Shown piece by piece: positions 49,601 to 63,422 of a DNA stretch of 64,000 nt (position 1 is its first letter; each line of letters begins with the position of its first letter). This stretch comes from Kondoa subrosea (Eukaryota): positions 248,001-312,000 of the forward strand of contig BCIN01000009.1 of NCBI GenBank assembly GCA_039545335.1, given 5' to 3'. Made by a program: the position numbers and the translations under genes. The notes beneath the pieces are model-generated. The model did not search any database. It was not told where the DNA came from and was given only the letters and a program-made list of their open reading frames with translations.

Positions 49601-52600
49601 GGCCTGATTTTCGCCCAGAGCTACCACAATTTCAGCAGAGGAACCGATGATGAAATTCATGAAAGGTATGCGGTGATGGGGCTGAATAGTCATGACTTCA
49701 CTAGACCCAGGTTGACGTATGCGCAAAGTCTCGTCGTCCATGTTTTTGATGAGAAAGCGAGGATAAGCGGTAATGACTTTGGTCAATTTGTACTGTCAAA
49801 CGATGTCAGGCAATCTAAGGAGTGTGCTAGTATTTGCTGACTCACTGCACCGAGGCCTTCTGATACCTTTAGCCCTAAACGTGCTTCCGTTTTGAGCGCT
49901 CGGGTTGGAAGTACCACTTCGATAGAAGTCCCAACAGCCTCGAAACTCAGAGGCTAGAGCTTTTATTTAGACCCGCTGAAAGAAGCAGCGAATGTTAATA
50001 CTCACTTGTGACCACTCCGAGTTCTCCAACCGCAACAGTGCTCGGTTGCGCCGATCGTCTGTTGGATGCGAGAAGAGGTACATCGTATTTGCCTTCTGTG
50101 CCTCTTCTTTGCTGCGGCTCTTTAGATCCGCTTGTTTAGAGCTACCGTACGACGATTTTGACTTCAACGAAAACTCGCGACCAGTCTTGTTTTGGAATAC
50201 AAAAGGACTGTATACTTGGACTCGGAACGCACCACCCGCTTCAACAGGATGACTACAGAGCACATTAGACCAGAACGCGTGAGCAGGGTAAGTCTATAAC
50301 TTGCACATAATTGATCCGTAGCTGTATTGCCATGCCTTCCTTATCTTGTATCGGTAAGACATCTTCAATAGGGAGATCATCTGACAGAAGAGTTCAGTCA
50401 ATTTCTCGTCCTGAAGCCAGCCATGTTTAATACCTGGATTGTCTGTATTGATGATCGCAAACTCGCTACGATCAAAAGCTGAAACAGAAGTCAGCAAAGT
50501 GCTTCGAATGACAGCTAAGATGGCATTTACAGCTTCCTTGTGGCTCAACGCTCAGTAGTATCAGGTGCGTCAGATCGACTGCATGAACTGGAGATACCCC
50601 GCCTTTACGTAAAAAGCTAGTGTAATTGTGCTCGTCCGCCTTGTCGTAGATACGGAACTTGACATCATAGGGCAAAAGATTTTCTATCTCAATCGGAGGC
50701 CGGAGATGAAGTGTCAGACGAGGATAAGTTCTAGCTAGGGATGTAAATATACTCAGGCGAAAGTGAAAAAAGATCGACTGACCGCAACATAGGATCAGCT
50801 CGATCATGTGACGCAAAAGCTTGGAAGAGGAAGGTGCCTTCTTTTTCCTGAGATTTGCAAGTGATTGTTCGAGCAGGCCTCTTGATCAAGTCCTTCCAAT
50901 TGTAGGTCGCATTAGACCATCCATATTTGAAACCCGCTGTCAGGAGAAGTGAGACACAATCCCTTCAACGGGGTGACCTATTCTCACGATCAGGTCGGAC
51001 CCGTATTTGCTGATGGAAGGCAGCCTCTATAGGCACAGGACAGCTGTTACCAGGTGCAATCTTGAACACAGGGGAGCCTCTGTGGCCCGCAGCATTGACA
51101 ACAACCATTTCGACCGGCACCAAAGTCAAATTTTGCACATTGAAGGTAGATCGAAGGGTGACGATCTTCACGTTAGCTTCTAATTTGACTTCGCAGACCA
51201 GACGATGCGTGATCTTATCTAGACGAGGTCTGAGGGCATACACATGCTCGCCTTCTCGGTCGACTGATACGTGCTTGAGCCGTTCCCACGAAGAACCTTC
51301 GAGCATTAGTGTCAACACATTGTGACTGGACGCAAGCACGTTCTGCATCATGAAGAAAGTTCAGAGACGCTGCTCAAAGAGGTAACATCCGGAACTCACA
51401 TCTCGCGTTGTTCGCCAGTCTTCAAATCGCCATGGCAAATCTTTCATGTTTTCCACTTTGGTAGGCTCTCCTTTGGCTTGCGGATCATTGGTTTCGCCCC
51501 AAAGAAGAACTGGATGACCGGTCCGATTCCTGATCAAGAAAGGAGTAGTATGTCCTCGGTTCTTGCGAAGTACTTCTGCTCCGTCGCGACTCCACATTGC
51601 GCGAGACGTAAGCGCAAACATGAGGAAAGCAGCAGTCAAATTGACTTCGGCACGCTTTTTCGACTCGATATTCACATTGAGACTTGTGGGTGCTGTGGTT
51701 TTGTTGACTGCAACTGTGAATGCCCATGGGTCTAGCAATGGTTCCCAATGAGAAGTCTTGAGATTGAAGAAATTGATGAACGGTTCGATTGCCACGACTG
51801 CCTTCAGCTACATGTAGATTGATTTAGTCAAGCTGATATCATACAGTCTCATGTTGGCTTACATCAGAAGTCCAGTGATTTGCAGTTGCAGTAAAAGCAC
51901 GGGCTTTGATATCGAGAAGCGGCAGCTCTTGCAGATCTCCAATCAGTACAAGCTGGAAGCCGTCGAAAGTTGCTTGTAGCTTTAAGCAAATCTATCAGGC
52001 ATTGATTTGAGGAGCAAAAGCGCAAGAACGCACTTCCTCGATCTTCGGTGCAATATTTCCAGAAATCGTTTCGACTGCCTGTTCTGCCTGGCTACTCACG
52101 ACGGGTAGATCTTCGATCAAAGCCTGAGTTGGAGTCTCTTCGGCAGCTGGCTTGCCTGAAAGCTCCAGCGCTCTCTGAGCTATCGAATTCACCAACAACA
52201 TGTCCCGATACGAGGCACGCAGAACGATCTCTTGCAGAGTAAGAACAATGCTCGTTTTGGAAATTTCTTCTTTGCCAGCGCCTGGCCTGTTGTCCAGGGA
52301 CAGGGTGATGTCTAGATTGTCTAGGAACTGGATAGTTTCGTTTTGACGATCCATGCGGCAGAGATACATGCCGAGCTGAGACACAGTCAGGCTATGAAGG
52401 TCAATTGTCAGTAGTTGCAAGCGGAAGAGACTTTGGACCCACACTAGAACACTTTGCTGCGCCAGTTGAAGTTGTCCAACAGAAAGAACGACGGCTTCGC
52501 AGTCAGAACGAGAAGGGTCCGACAATAACATGATTTTTGCAGCCACGATATTGACTCGCATAGCTAATCCGCTGTTCTGTTGAGCTGGAGCACTCTGCTT

Positions 52601-55600
52601 ACCTGCAGTAGATGCAGGAGGCTGTGACCTTGCGAGCGGAGCGGCAGAGGGCTTGACGGCAGGCGGAGCATCTGTACTTGAAGGAGAGGGACTGCTAGAC
52701 GCACTGCCCAAAAAACCTACAATCGCGAAGACCGGTTCCAAGGTGAAGATAGCCGTTGGCGTATCCAAGCTGACATTGACCATAGAACTCTTATCTTTGC
52801 CGCCAGAAGCAGTATAGCTTATCATCAATTGATGCGATTGGCCATTTTTGGAGGCTGGAAGTATCTCTCGCCATTTAGTCTGGCGAGTGGGATTGGTATC
52901 AGTGACGCGGAAGGTCCGAAGTAGTAATTCGGCCTCGACAGAGCTATTGTTCAAAGTCTTCGCTTTGAGGTCGATATCTTCAATTGCGAACCGGGCTATG
53001 GACGCTGATTTCATGACGTTGCTGTTGATAGCTTCGCCTGAGAAGATCTCGAGAACAACAACACCAAGAACAAAGGAGACTTCGGTGGCGCTGTAGAGTG
53101 GAACAACCTCCCCATTTGCCTTTTGAACCGTTCGCGGTAATTCGGGAAGCAAATCTACAGGTTCATCTTCTTGAGTATCAACAGGAGGCGGACTTGGTAG
53201 CATCTTCTCGATAGCAGCGTCGTCTTCTGCTTCAGCATTAGTCGTAGCGAAAGCTCTTGGAACACTTTGTAACAAAGCCAAAGCGAAGGCATATTGGCTC
53301 TGGGTGAGATTGAGTTTGACGTCGCTCATCTTGGCTCTGATCTATGGATAATATGTCTCAGCTGTGAATTTTCTGTGAGCAATCATTCCTTACCATCGTG
53401 TCTGGCCGCGAGTCTTCTTTTGTGCGATCGATTCCCTCTGTGTTGGCAACAGCTACTGTGAGATTTACATCTTCCAACATCTTCAAAGAGTGTGATTCTC
53501 CTTCGTGGAACATGGTCGATACAAGCTGGATAGAGCTCAAACCTGCTTCAATTTCTGTAGTGTTGCCTTTGAAGATGTTCTTGGCGCTGATTTCGCCCAG
53601 ATTGGCGGTAATAACATCCATAGACTGACTATCTCTAGGGAGGACAATGATTGGCGTTTTGATCAGAACATCGAAGTGCATTTTGGGAACTCGATCCGAC
53701 AAATCGGCAGCCTGTTGAGCGGCAGCGTTGCGCGCAGCGTCAACAATAGCTTTCATGCGTGCAAATTGCGTTAAAAAGCGAAGCAGCCGATGAACCGGTT
53801 GTTCTAGGAATGTTAGCTGTAGCGATCCAGTCCGGAGGTGTATGAGGGTGTCATGTCCAGGGTAGACGGTTTTATCATTTGGATCGTAAGTCTCGTAGAT
53901 CAGGTCTGCAACTTCTTCTCCACGAATGGCCAGCAAATGACCAAATTGGTCATTGTTCTTGTGCGAACGAAGGTCATCAACCAAGCTGAGATTGCCTAGT
54001 CTTGCGTTGACTCGCATTGTCGGTCCACGAAGAAGAACGTTGACATCCGCTGCACTGAGCTCTAGAGTCGCGAGGCGCTCTCCATCGTTGTTGAGTACAA
54101 GTACTATGCTTGTTAGCTTGACTTTGACTCGGAGCTTCTCGATGGCTGGTTGCCCAAGATTTGCTACAGAGTCGTCATCTTCTGAGTCGGATTGATCAGG
54201 TGAGGCAGGAGGTGGATTGTTTGGGTTGGTGAAAGTTGTGAGTACGAAATCAAACAGTTGAAGCTGTTAGGTCATCATTCAGATGAAGGCAGCACGCTCT
54301 TATCAGACATTGCTTACGATACTAGCCCTGGTAACGATGACGTTGAGCGTCGACATCTCTACATCAACACTCTGGTCACGCAATCAATGGCGAATCAACA
54401 CATGAATGACGCAGGACGTACTTGATTGAGACCCTCGAAAACAGTCATAAACTCTGGCGAGTCTGCTTGACACCTGTTGTACTTGATTTGCACCAAGTTT
54501 TTCTCACTCTTTGTGTCGCTGACTCGCATGCTCTCAGATGTGACTAAGTGTCTGTACTCTGAATTGCCTTCGACCATCTTGTCTTCGATATACAAGGTCT
54601 TGAGCAATATGTCGACAGCCATATCGAACTTCCGCAGGATAAAGTGAAATTTGAAGCCTTGTAGGACTGTATTGGCGAGAAGTCGATCTGGCTTTGAAGG
54701 GTCCGCATCAGCTTTGGAAATGGACGCCTGCAATTTGTCAACAGAAAACGACAGCTCAAAAGTCTTCTGCTTAGCCACGGCATCTTGCTGCAGGCAGATG
54801 TCAGCTCATGCCTTTGATTGGTAAAGAAATCTATCGTACTGCATCGGAAGCATCAGGTGCTTCAAAAAAGACATCCTCGTCCTCCTTCTCCTTTTGATCA
54901 TCACCATTGACAGTCGAAGCATCGTCATCTAATATCAGGTCTTCTTCCTTGGCAGGTCTGGTCGAATAAGGAGTAACGCTCTTGCGTCGTTGCACCGCTT
55001 TAGTTTTGGGTTCTTCCCGAGCAGGAAGCGCTGATATAGATGTAGCGGGATCATCAAACTTGGGCACGGCGACGTCGACAATCTTCATCAGATTTCTGTA
55101 TTTGCGATCCGAAAAATTCACAGAAAGAGTAGGTAGATGGCCAGATACTTTGACTTTGGCGAGATTGGGAATATTAGAGATGATTGAGAGTTCCGCTAGC
55201 CAGGACATATTGATGCGATCTACCAAGTGACAAGGGTTGCTCGCAGAGTCGGCGAGAGCGCTTCTGCATTGGTCCAAGCTATCCCCAATGACGATCTTAT
55301 GCGATTCGATATCAGCGATGAACCTTGTTGACACCCGCAAGAACTCACTTGGGTAGAAAGAAGTTCAACATGAAACTTGTCGTACATCAGTGCCTCTAAG
55401 CGTTTCCAGTCTTCCTCGGAGTACTGTGACGACTGTTTCGCGCGAACACTTTGCAGTGCTTGTTTATCTGCCATCTCGCTCTTTACCGAAATGCGACCGG
55501 CATCGATGACCATAGTAAGACCTTTCTTCTCGGTAACGTCTTGCGGAATAATGATGACGGGTCTAAGCAAGCGTTAGCCTAACATAACTTATCCGAAATG

Positions 55601-57831
55601 TCGGCAAATATTGACTGACGCTTTCATATTCAGTTGGACGTCGACCGTTTTGTGCTGAAGAGAGGTGGTGAGCATGCATGTATAGAAATCACTTGTAACA
55701 ATCTCACATTCTCTAGAGCAGACTCAAGACCAGCTCTTGTCTCTTTGCGAATGCCATCCAAAGTCTCGCTAGCAACATCGATCAATGCTGAGACAGCATC
55801 AAGCTGATTCGCAGGTGGTTTGAGGAAACGCATGACTCCTTCTAGATAGCCTTTGTGATAGAAGATTTCAGTTGCTTTCAGTTTGACGGTCAACCCTGTA
55901 TCCGCTCGTTCGTCTAGAGGATTTCGTTCGAATTTCGTGTAGAAGAAAGGTTCTTCGGAGTTATCATCCTCTGCCTCCTTCTTTACTTGCACAATCTGAG
56001 GATAGGCTGAACCAAGTGATGTTCCATCGTAAACAGCCATTGAACCTAGTGCGACTTCCGCTTCCATATTATCGAGACGCTGCAAGACATTGGCCGAGAA
56101 TCCGTCGAACGCCAGATTGATGAGATCTTCGTTGCTTCCTTTTGGATCACGGCGCAGAGCGAAAGACCCAGTGTCCAATTTAGCTTTTACCCGAAGAGTC
56201 ATGGCATCCCTTGGGGCATCGATAGTAACAGGATTCTTCTCATCCCAGTCAATAGCGTCATAAAGCTCCTTCCTTTGTTCATCATTAAGCAGATCTTGTG
56301 GTTGATCCTTGGCTTCGGTCTTGCCCCCTCCCCAAATCCATCCAACCCAACCTCGATTCGGCTGAGTTTGAGAAGCAGCAGGATTCAGTTTCTTCTGTTC
56401 TTCCGTCTTTGATTTCACTGTAGCTCTTTCTTTGCGCATTTCTGATCGAGCAATAGATCGATAGAATCGGATATCAGAGTACGACAGCTTCTTTTCCAGA
56501 TTGTCCAATTTCTGCTTCACCTCTGGTCCGTTAGGATCTTCGGCATGCAACTTGAACAGAGTAACATATTCCATTCGATCATCTCTTCTCTCCGCAAAAT
56601 ATTTCCAAGACCATTTTCGATTCTTCTCGTGCACTTGAGCTAGAACAGCAGTAGTGGCAAAGTTCCATAGTGCTTTGGGTCGACCCTCATCTTTCTTGTC
56701 GAAGCCTTCTGGCTGATATTTGCGATTATCATGTTGACGTTTGTAAAAGTGAAAGAGATCATTCATTGACAGCAAATCTCGATACTGATCTTCATCAACA
56801 ACAAAACCAAGATCTTTGAAGAGCAATTCCGCATCCGTTTTAGGTGAATCAGCTTTAGGTCGATGATTGAGAATCAGTCTCCCTTCACCGCTGACTGGTT
56901 TGAGGATGAATTGATGCGGAGGTGAATGATCTTCCGTTGCAATGAGATCTGTAAACTTCTTCTTCGATGCTTCAGCAGTTAAGCCAGCGATCGAAGGAGC
57001 ATCGGTATCAAAGTATACAGCCATAGAAGAAAGGGTTGCGAGTTTATGAACGCCTTGAGCATTATTGACTAGATAAGTAGGTTTCCAGAACTCGTCTGTT
57101 GATTGAGCAGTGAATCCACCAAGAGTGAAACCAGCAGCAAAGGGATGTCCTGGTACAGATAACTTGTCTTCGTAACGAACGTGAATATTCTTGACGGTAA
57201 TTTGAACATTATCAATCATTCGAGTCGTCACAGAAGATACAAAGCTTTGATTCTTGGCGTCATCTTCATCAGACATACCAGCAGAAGGTTTAGCAGTGAA
57301 GAGTTCAGCGGATTCCAGCTTCTCCATTTTAGCAGCTTGCTTTCTTTGAGCGTCTTCTTCCAGATCAAATTCCGTTGAGTCGTCGGGCACAGCTAAGAGA
57401 AAGATATCATCAATCATGATCTTAACAGGTTTACCTTTGAGCTGAGTCGGATGTATATCAGCGTGGGCGACTGATGCTTAAGGTTACGACACACATTCGA
57501 CCAAGGGATATTCAGCGTAAGCATGCCAATGGATCCTTCGATAACATTGATAGGCAGCCTAAACTTGTCCAAAGCAGCTTTCTTGAGCCTCAAGCTGTCA
57601 TCGCAACATTAACTATCTTCGCCTGAAACAGCTTGATCTGGCCGAAACGGACTTGCGTAGGACAGTATCACCAGCCCATAATGACAGATTGAGCTGAGAT
57701 GTGTCCAAATTGTCCACATAGGCTCCCAAATAGCGGTTGAGCACAGGTACGATGACTTGCTCTCTGTTATTCTTGCGCGAATGAGGATTTCCAGCTTCAT
57801 ACAAGCAGTTCTAGGTCTGCACGCACAACAT
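46695..57831 (-). CDS. VPS13: Bridge-like lipid transfer protein Vps13
   Basis: Chorein N-terminus MLEQVIVPVLNRYLGAYVDNL, IDNVQITVKNIHVRYED, SHWEPLLDPW, VAB repeats, IQIDNQL, LGSADFLGNPIGLF, GIRNTTTVFD, C-terminal PH-like domain. Confidence 0.96.
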
Positions 57832-58163
57832 CTTGGTATCAGAGCATAGGTATCAGCCAAGATCTACAAGATCGTCGCTTGCGAATGACATGACCTCGAA
57901 CGGATTTCCAATGCACTCAGCGCGGTGTCAGAGTCTAGCTAACGAAATCTAATATGCCATTAAAATGCAACAACAAACAAGTGCCTGACCACATGAAACT
58001 TTACTAGTACCAATTCGCTTTGAGCGTATCGTTCGTGTTTTTGGCCGAAACTTCGACTAGCTCTGTACGACGTGCCAAATCCTTTGGCTCCTTCTCTCCT
58101 CCTTCCTGCTTTCTACTCTTCCTCCCTCTACTAGCCCTCCTTCGCTGCTGGACCAAGCGACTT

Positions 58164-59962
58164 TTACTTCTTGACTGGCAGAGAAGCTCCGACTTGAGAA
58201 GCTTCGCCAGATGTAGTTTTAGCCGCTGCTACTTTAGCTGCTTTGGCAACTTGACCAGCTCTGTACGTCTTTTGATAGCTGCGAGCACATCTTAGTACCT
58301 TACAAGTAGAAACTTGATTCTTTGGGCACTCACAAAGCGATGAACTAAAAGATCATGTCAGTGAAGTCTAGCAAATAGCTATAGGAAGGACTCACCAAGA
58401 AGAGATAACTAGTCAAGAGAGCACAACCAAAGATAGCGGCACCTTCGCTTCCTGAGCAGGAACCTTTTGTTGGTAGCATATGACGACCGTAAGTCCAAGC
58501 GAAGCTACGCGGAGTCAGTGGCTTGAAGTCTTTAACCAAATGCAGACTAACTAGGAGTAACCTGCAAAGCAAAAGGTGAGTAAACTTGGTTGATGTAACA
58601 ATGGATCACGGACTGGCATAGTAGACAACGAAAAGCTAAAGGGAAAGTCAGCCTGTATGATCTCGGACGCCTGCCTCACGTACATCGATAACAAACTATA
58701 GAACAGTAAGTAGGGCATTTACAACAGTCATGTCTTTGCTTACCTGACTGATTTGCAGAGATGTCAAGTACTTCTTCCACCAAAGCTTGATTCCAGGTGA
58801 AAGGGTAGTGATGAAGTAGTAGTAGTCTGAATGAGAATCAGAAGATGCAAAACTACTTGTGGAGTGGACTGACACATGATGACATGTACTGCAGGCAGAA
58901 GAACATCAGCCCAGATTCTAAATCACTGCTTGTGTTCGCTCACCAGTCAAGTTGAGAGCAATGACAGCCCACGACACACTAGTTCTACCATTGAGCTGAG
59001 TATAGCAAAGAACGCTGTATGCAAGCAACAGAATGAATTCAGCCGCAATCTGATTCCTCTGTGTCTGACATACGCGGTAGCAGTGTCTGTCCGTGATACA
59101 ATCATGTAAGCGACACAATTCGCCCTGTATTGGTTCACGTACGATGGAAAACATGAAGGAATTGCAAAGGCTAAAAAAAACAGCATTCATGATCAGCAAC
59201 TTGCTCAATCCCATAAAGACGCCCTCTTACCTTCTTCTTAACGACCAAGAACATGGTGTCTGCTAGTTCCCAGTATTTGAAGTAATAATTAGCAATGTAT
59301 AAAGTCTGCGACACATTTATATCAGCCGTGAAATATCATTACAAGAAAGTCTTTTACCTCTCTATAATGGACAGAATAGTCCAGGTCAGCGTAAAGCTAT
59401 GCGAAAGGACTTTCCAAGCTAACAATCTCTGCGGATAAATTCAGATGTTAGAGAAAGCTCAACAAAATCTGAATTCTACGCGACGCACAGATGTCCAGCT
59501 TGAATCGGCGCAAATAGCAGCGAACCATCCATCGTTGTAAATGATAGGTACGAGCTGTTCGACGCACAAGGACTCTTTAGCATTGATAATGCACAGCGAG
59601 TCTCGGACAGCGAACCTCTTCAATCATCAAAACAAGGAGAATGGCCGAACCCGCGCTCAAAAGGAAATTATGAAGCATAAACAGAGGTTTAAGCTCTACC
59701 GTATTGGGACATATTAGGACATAAGGGTTACAGCCACTTATACACAAAACGCACTGAGCGGTTTTCTATCCTTCATGATTTCTTGAACTCCGAAAATTGA
59801 GATCAGGTAGAGAGCCATCGCGCCTGCAACAGTCGCATGTGTGCTGATTGGAGTAGTGCCAGGTTGCCATCGTGTGATGGTGTCGACGAAAGGAGCATAT
59901 TGAGCTGGGACTATTTGATTGCAGGTCTTTGCTACAGCGCTCCAAATATCTAGCTTGGACAT
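58164..59962 (-). CDS. Fatty acid elongase (GNS1/SUR4/ELO family), many introns
   Basis: NYYFKYWELADTMFLVVKKK, FLHVFHHTATA histidine box, HVIMYYYY, WWKKYLTSLQI. Confidence 0.93.
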
Positions 59963-60126
59963 GATTGGTGGGTAAGGAGTGTATCAAGGAGTGTGCTGTA
60001 GAAGCTGTGTTAGTTTGAGAGATCTAAGAAGGGGTCGAAAAATCAAAGCAATAGTCCACGAGCAAAACAGAAAACTCAAAAACGTGGAAGTTGCCGAATT
60101 TAAACGATATGCATATGATTCTATTA

Positions 60127-61700
60127 CTACTCGCGCTCTATATATAAAGGAGGAGCTTCACTTGAAACAAGCATACTGGTGGTCCGCTGCCTCGCGCTTT
60201 CTTCATAAGAAGGTGCTTGTCCAGTCGTTCCCATTTCCGTTATCTCATCTATCCCACTTCTTTCGGTCGTCGCAAAGAGAGGAGGTGATGGAGGTAAAGG
60301 TAATCGAGAAGCGAGCTGAACCGTTTCCGTTGAGGTTGTCCTGTTCAAACCACTCATGATCGATTGATGCGGACTGGGCGAAAGCATAGGTGGGGAGACG
60401 TCTTCTTCTATAGGCGGTGGAGGCAAAGGGATGTTCTCCGAGAGCGTCGCTTCTTCATATCCATCAAATTCCTCTTCCTCCAACAGGTCGAGCCAGGACA
60501 CAGGCGCTTCTTCCGCAACAGAAGTAGACTCATAGCCTGGTACTCTGTCCTCTACAATACTTGGTTCTCCAGCTATCGAATCAGCGTGTACTTGATCCAT
60601 CTCGGCTTCCCTTCTTTTTTCCAGCTTTCGACCGGGATAGACAGATTGCGGTAGATCTGGTAGGATTCCAATTTCTCGATCGTATGATACTTCGGTTCGA
60701 TCTGAAGGTTCAGATGAAGCGAAACTCATCGTTAAGCGGATAACGAAAGAAATGTCGTGTAGGATGGAAGACTGAGTTATGCTTTCGCAAGCGACATCTT
60801 CAGGTGCAGGGGGTGATAGAGTAAGAAGTAAAGAGAGAGATCGAGATGAAGAAAAGCGACATGACTTGCCAGAGAAGCGAAGATTAGTTGTACTGGTTGT
60901 AGTTGGTTCAGTTGCTGCTGTTATTCTCCTTATCAGCACAGCTTCTATTGATCGTAATTTCAGCCCTTTCTGAGCTATCATATCTGGATCCGGGGGAGGT
61001 ATTCGGATTCGTAAGGAGATAGGTTCAGACCGATGAAAGAGAGTTCTGCGAAGGGTAACGGCGAATTGAGTTGGGTGCGTGTACTCTCTTGTAGATGGTT
61101 CCAGAGAATAGTCGGCAGGTGTTTGCAGGAAGAGAGGATCCAAGACCAGCTTCTCGTTCTTCAGAGCACAGTATCTTTCGAGATGAACCGGGGCTTCACA
61201 CGTAGCAATGATACCACGAGCTTCGTCTAGCGGAAAAACTGTAGCGACCAGACGATAAGATAGTGACGAAGTCTCATGCAGACAGTGAGGTAAGTCGCTG
61301 GTCAGATCAATGGAGAAGAGAATAGATGAAGGCAAGCCATGTGAAGCGGCTTGCGATGTCGAAGGAGAGCTTGCGTTCCAAAGACCAACTGTACTGCTGC
61401 ACAACTCAATGCGAGAGTCGCCGGCTGTTTCGACACCCTGAAACATGACTTCTACTTTGCCTACAGCTTCACGGCCTTGCGTATTTGCGAACTTGAGCTG
61501 CAATTCGCCCTTGAGTTGCGCAGGGGAGCTGCCCAAGTAGCCATGCTGGAAAGAAGCGCTTTGATTTACAGGCAAAAGATTCAAAAGAACAGAGGCTGGC
61601 TGGACAGGATGTGATTGACTATAGCCAGGTAGGACATCCTGAGAGGTCTACTTGAGACTCTGACTCTATTTGACAGGGTCCAGCAGATGCTTACAGTCAT
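60127..61700 (-). CDS. Arrestin-fold protein with PY-like motifs
   Basis: FQHGYLG...LKGELQL...VMFQGVE, FSIDLTSDLPHC, LSYRLVA; acidic tail with VPGY, APSY and PPLY; short first exon (MT) at 61700. Confidence 0.7.
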
Positions 61701-61791
61701 CAAACTCGTTGAAATGAGAAGAGAGTCATATTACTAATATACAGAGGAGTGACTACTCATGTCCGCTATATCCACAAGCCTTCGATCCTAA

Positions 61792-63422
61792 TCAGTTGCT
61801 GCTACTTCGCGACGTTGAGCGAGTCAAACTTCGTAGTATCGCTTGGTCGACAGACAGCAGAGACACGTTGGTGCCGCGATACAGCGAGCGCCTATCGGTG
61901 TCAAGCGAGCGTCTCTCAAGCTCTGCACGCTCAGAAGTCATGCAGGCTACGAATATGTCAGCGGCAGCGGAATGATTGGAACAATAGACACTCACAGGTG
62001 AAGCTGACGCTAGTGCTGAGTTTTCCCACTCGACTTGAACCCTGAAAAGGCATCACTAGCTTCAGTCGGTATGAGACTAGTGTTCATGCGAGAGATCAGC
62101 AACTGCGGTAATGATGAAAAGGTGTGACTTACTAGAAGAATGGAAAGATTCGAACGAAGGAGTGAAAGTGCCACTAAGTTCCATTGACCAGCAGTACACC
62201 TTCTCCCATCTGCCTTTACTAGAACCATAGCTATGACCGTGAGGTTTCCAAATGGGTTCGCTGGACCATTCAGACATGTCTTCTTCCAGCACTGGCCAGC
62301 TTCGCTCGATAGTGTGAGAATGAAGATGGGCGGTGTGTGCATGATGACTTTGTAACACCTGCAATGATGCCCGCTACAATACCTTATGAGTTGGGAATCG
62401 AAAAGACACAACCCGACAATAACGAACTTTGATATCTGGAGCAGGCATGCCAGAAGGCCTTCTAGACTTTCTCACCAAAGGGCTTTGCACGCTGACAACG
62501 ATGACGATAGGAGTCGCTGCATCGCTATTGAAGACCCTTGAATGAGGCATACATAGAGCGATTTGAGCAGTAGTGGAAGAGAAGATATTTCCAGCTAGCT
62601 TCAAGCGTGTGACTTGACTCTTCCATTCAGGTCCAAGATCTGTCAGCAACTATCAGCTTCTCTGTTCTCTTCGGTTCCAAATCGACAAGCTCACAAGGTG
62701 GACCTGTTGACAAATCTGGTGTGTCCGGTGTAGGAAATGATGAAACGTGCTTGTCTTTCGGCACGAAGAGAAAAGGCGCCAGAGCTTGCGAGATCATGCC
62801 TCGACCACCTTCTGCTGTCGCAATACACTGCAGGCAGGTGAGCATGATGCGTGTCAACACAGTATACTGAGCTCACAACATATGAGATCTTCGCGTTTGC
62901 GTCTCTGCTACCAATCTCGAAGCTAGGCGGTAGCGAAGATCCAGCACTTGTAAAACAATGATTTCAGCAGAATCATCAAGCAACATAATCTGAAGACAAA
63001 CCCAGGCAATTTAAAGGAGAACTCAAAGCATGTAGGCGCAGAAGTTGAGTCTTGGGAGTGGTACAGATTGGTCATGAGATGCAAGAAGACATGGGACTGA
63101 GCCTTGTGTTGAGAAGATGATCTGAATCTAGTGCAGCAGAATAAGCCACCTCTTCAGTTGGAAAAGAGTTTATGAAGTACCGACTAGAAGACGCGACGAG
63201 CTCAACCTTTACCGAGCGAACGTCGCTGGCATAACCTTCAGCTAATTGTACGCTGCCGTAGACCCTCTGATCATGGGTGAAAAGCTTTTCATGAATCGAA
63301 ATAGATACCAGTCCTGATTGCGGGTTGCAGGTGCGAGTTGTGGATTGTCTGATCAAGGGAGGAAAAGACGGAATGTTCTCGATCACAGAAGTAATACTAG
63401 GAAGGGGTTGCTTAACTGCCAT
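61792..63422 (-). CDS. Second arrestin-N-like protein, multi-exon
   Basis: VYGSVQL...SVKVELVA, FEFSFKLP, LPPSFE...KISY pattern typical of arrestin N domains; exon structure uncertain. Confidence 0.55.
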
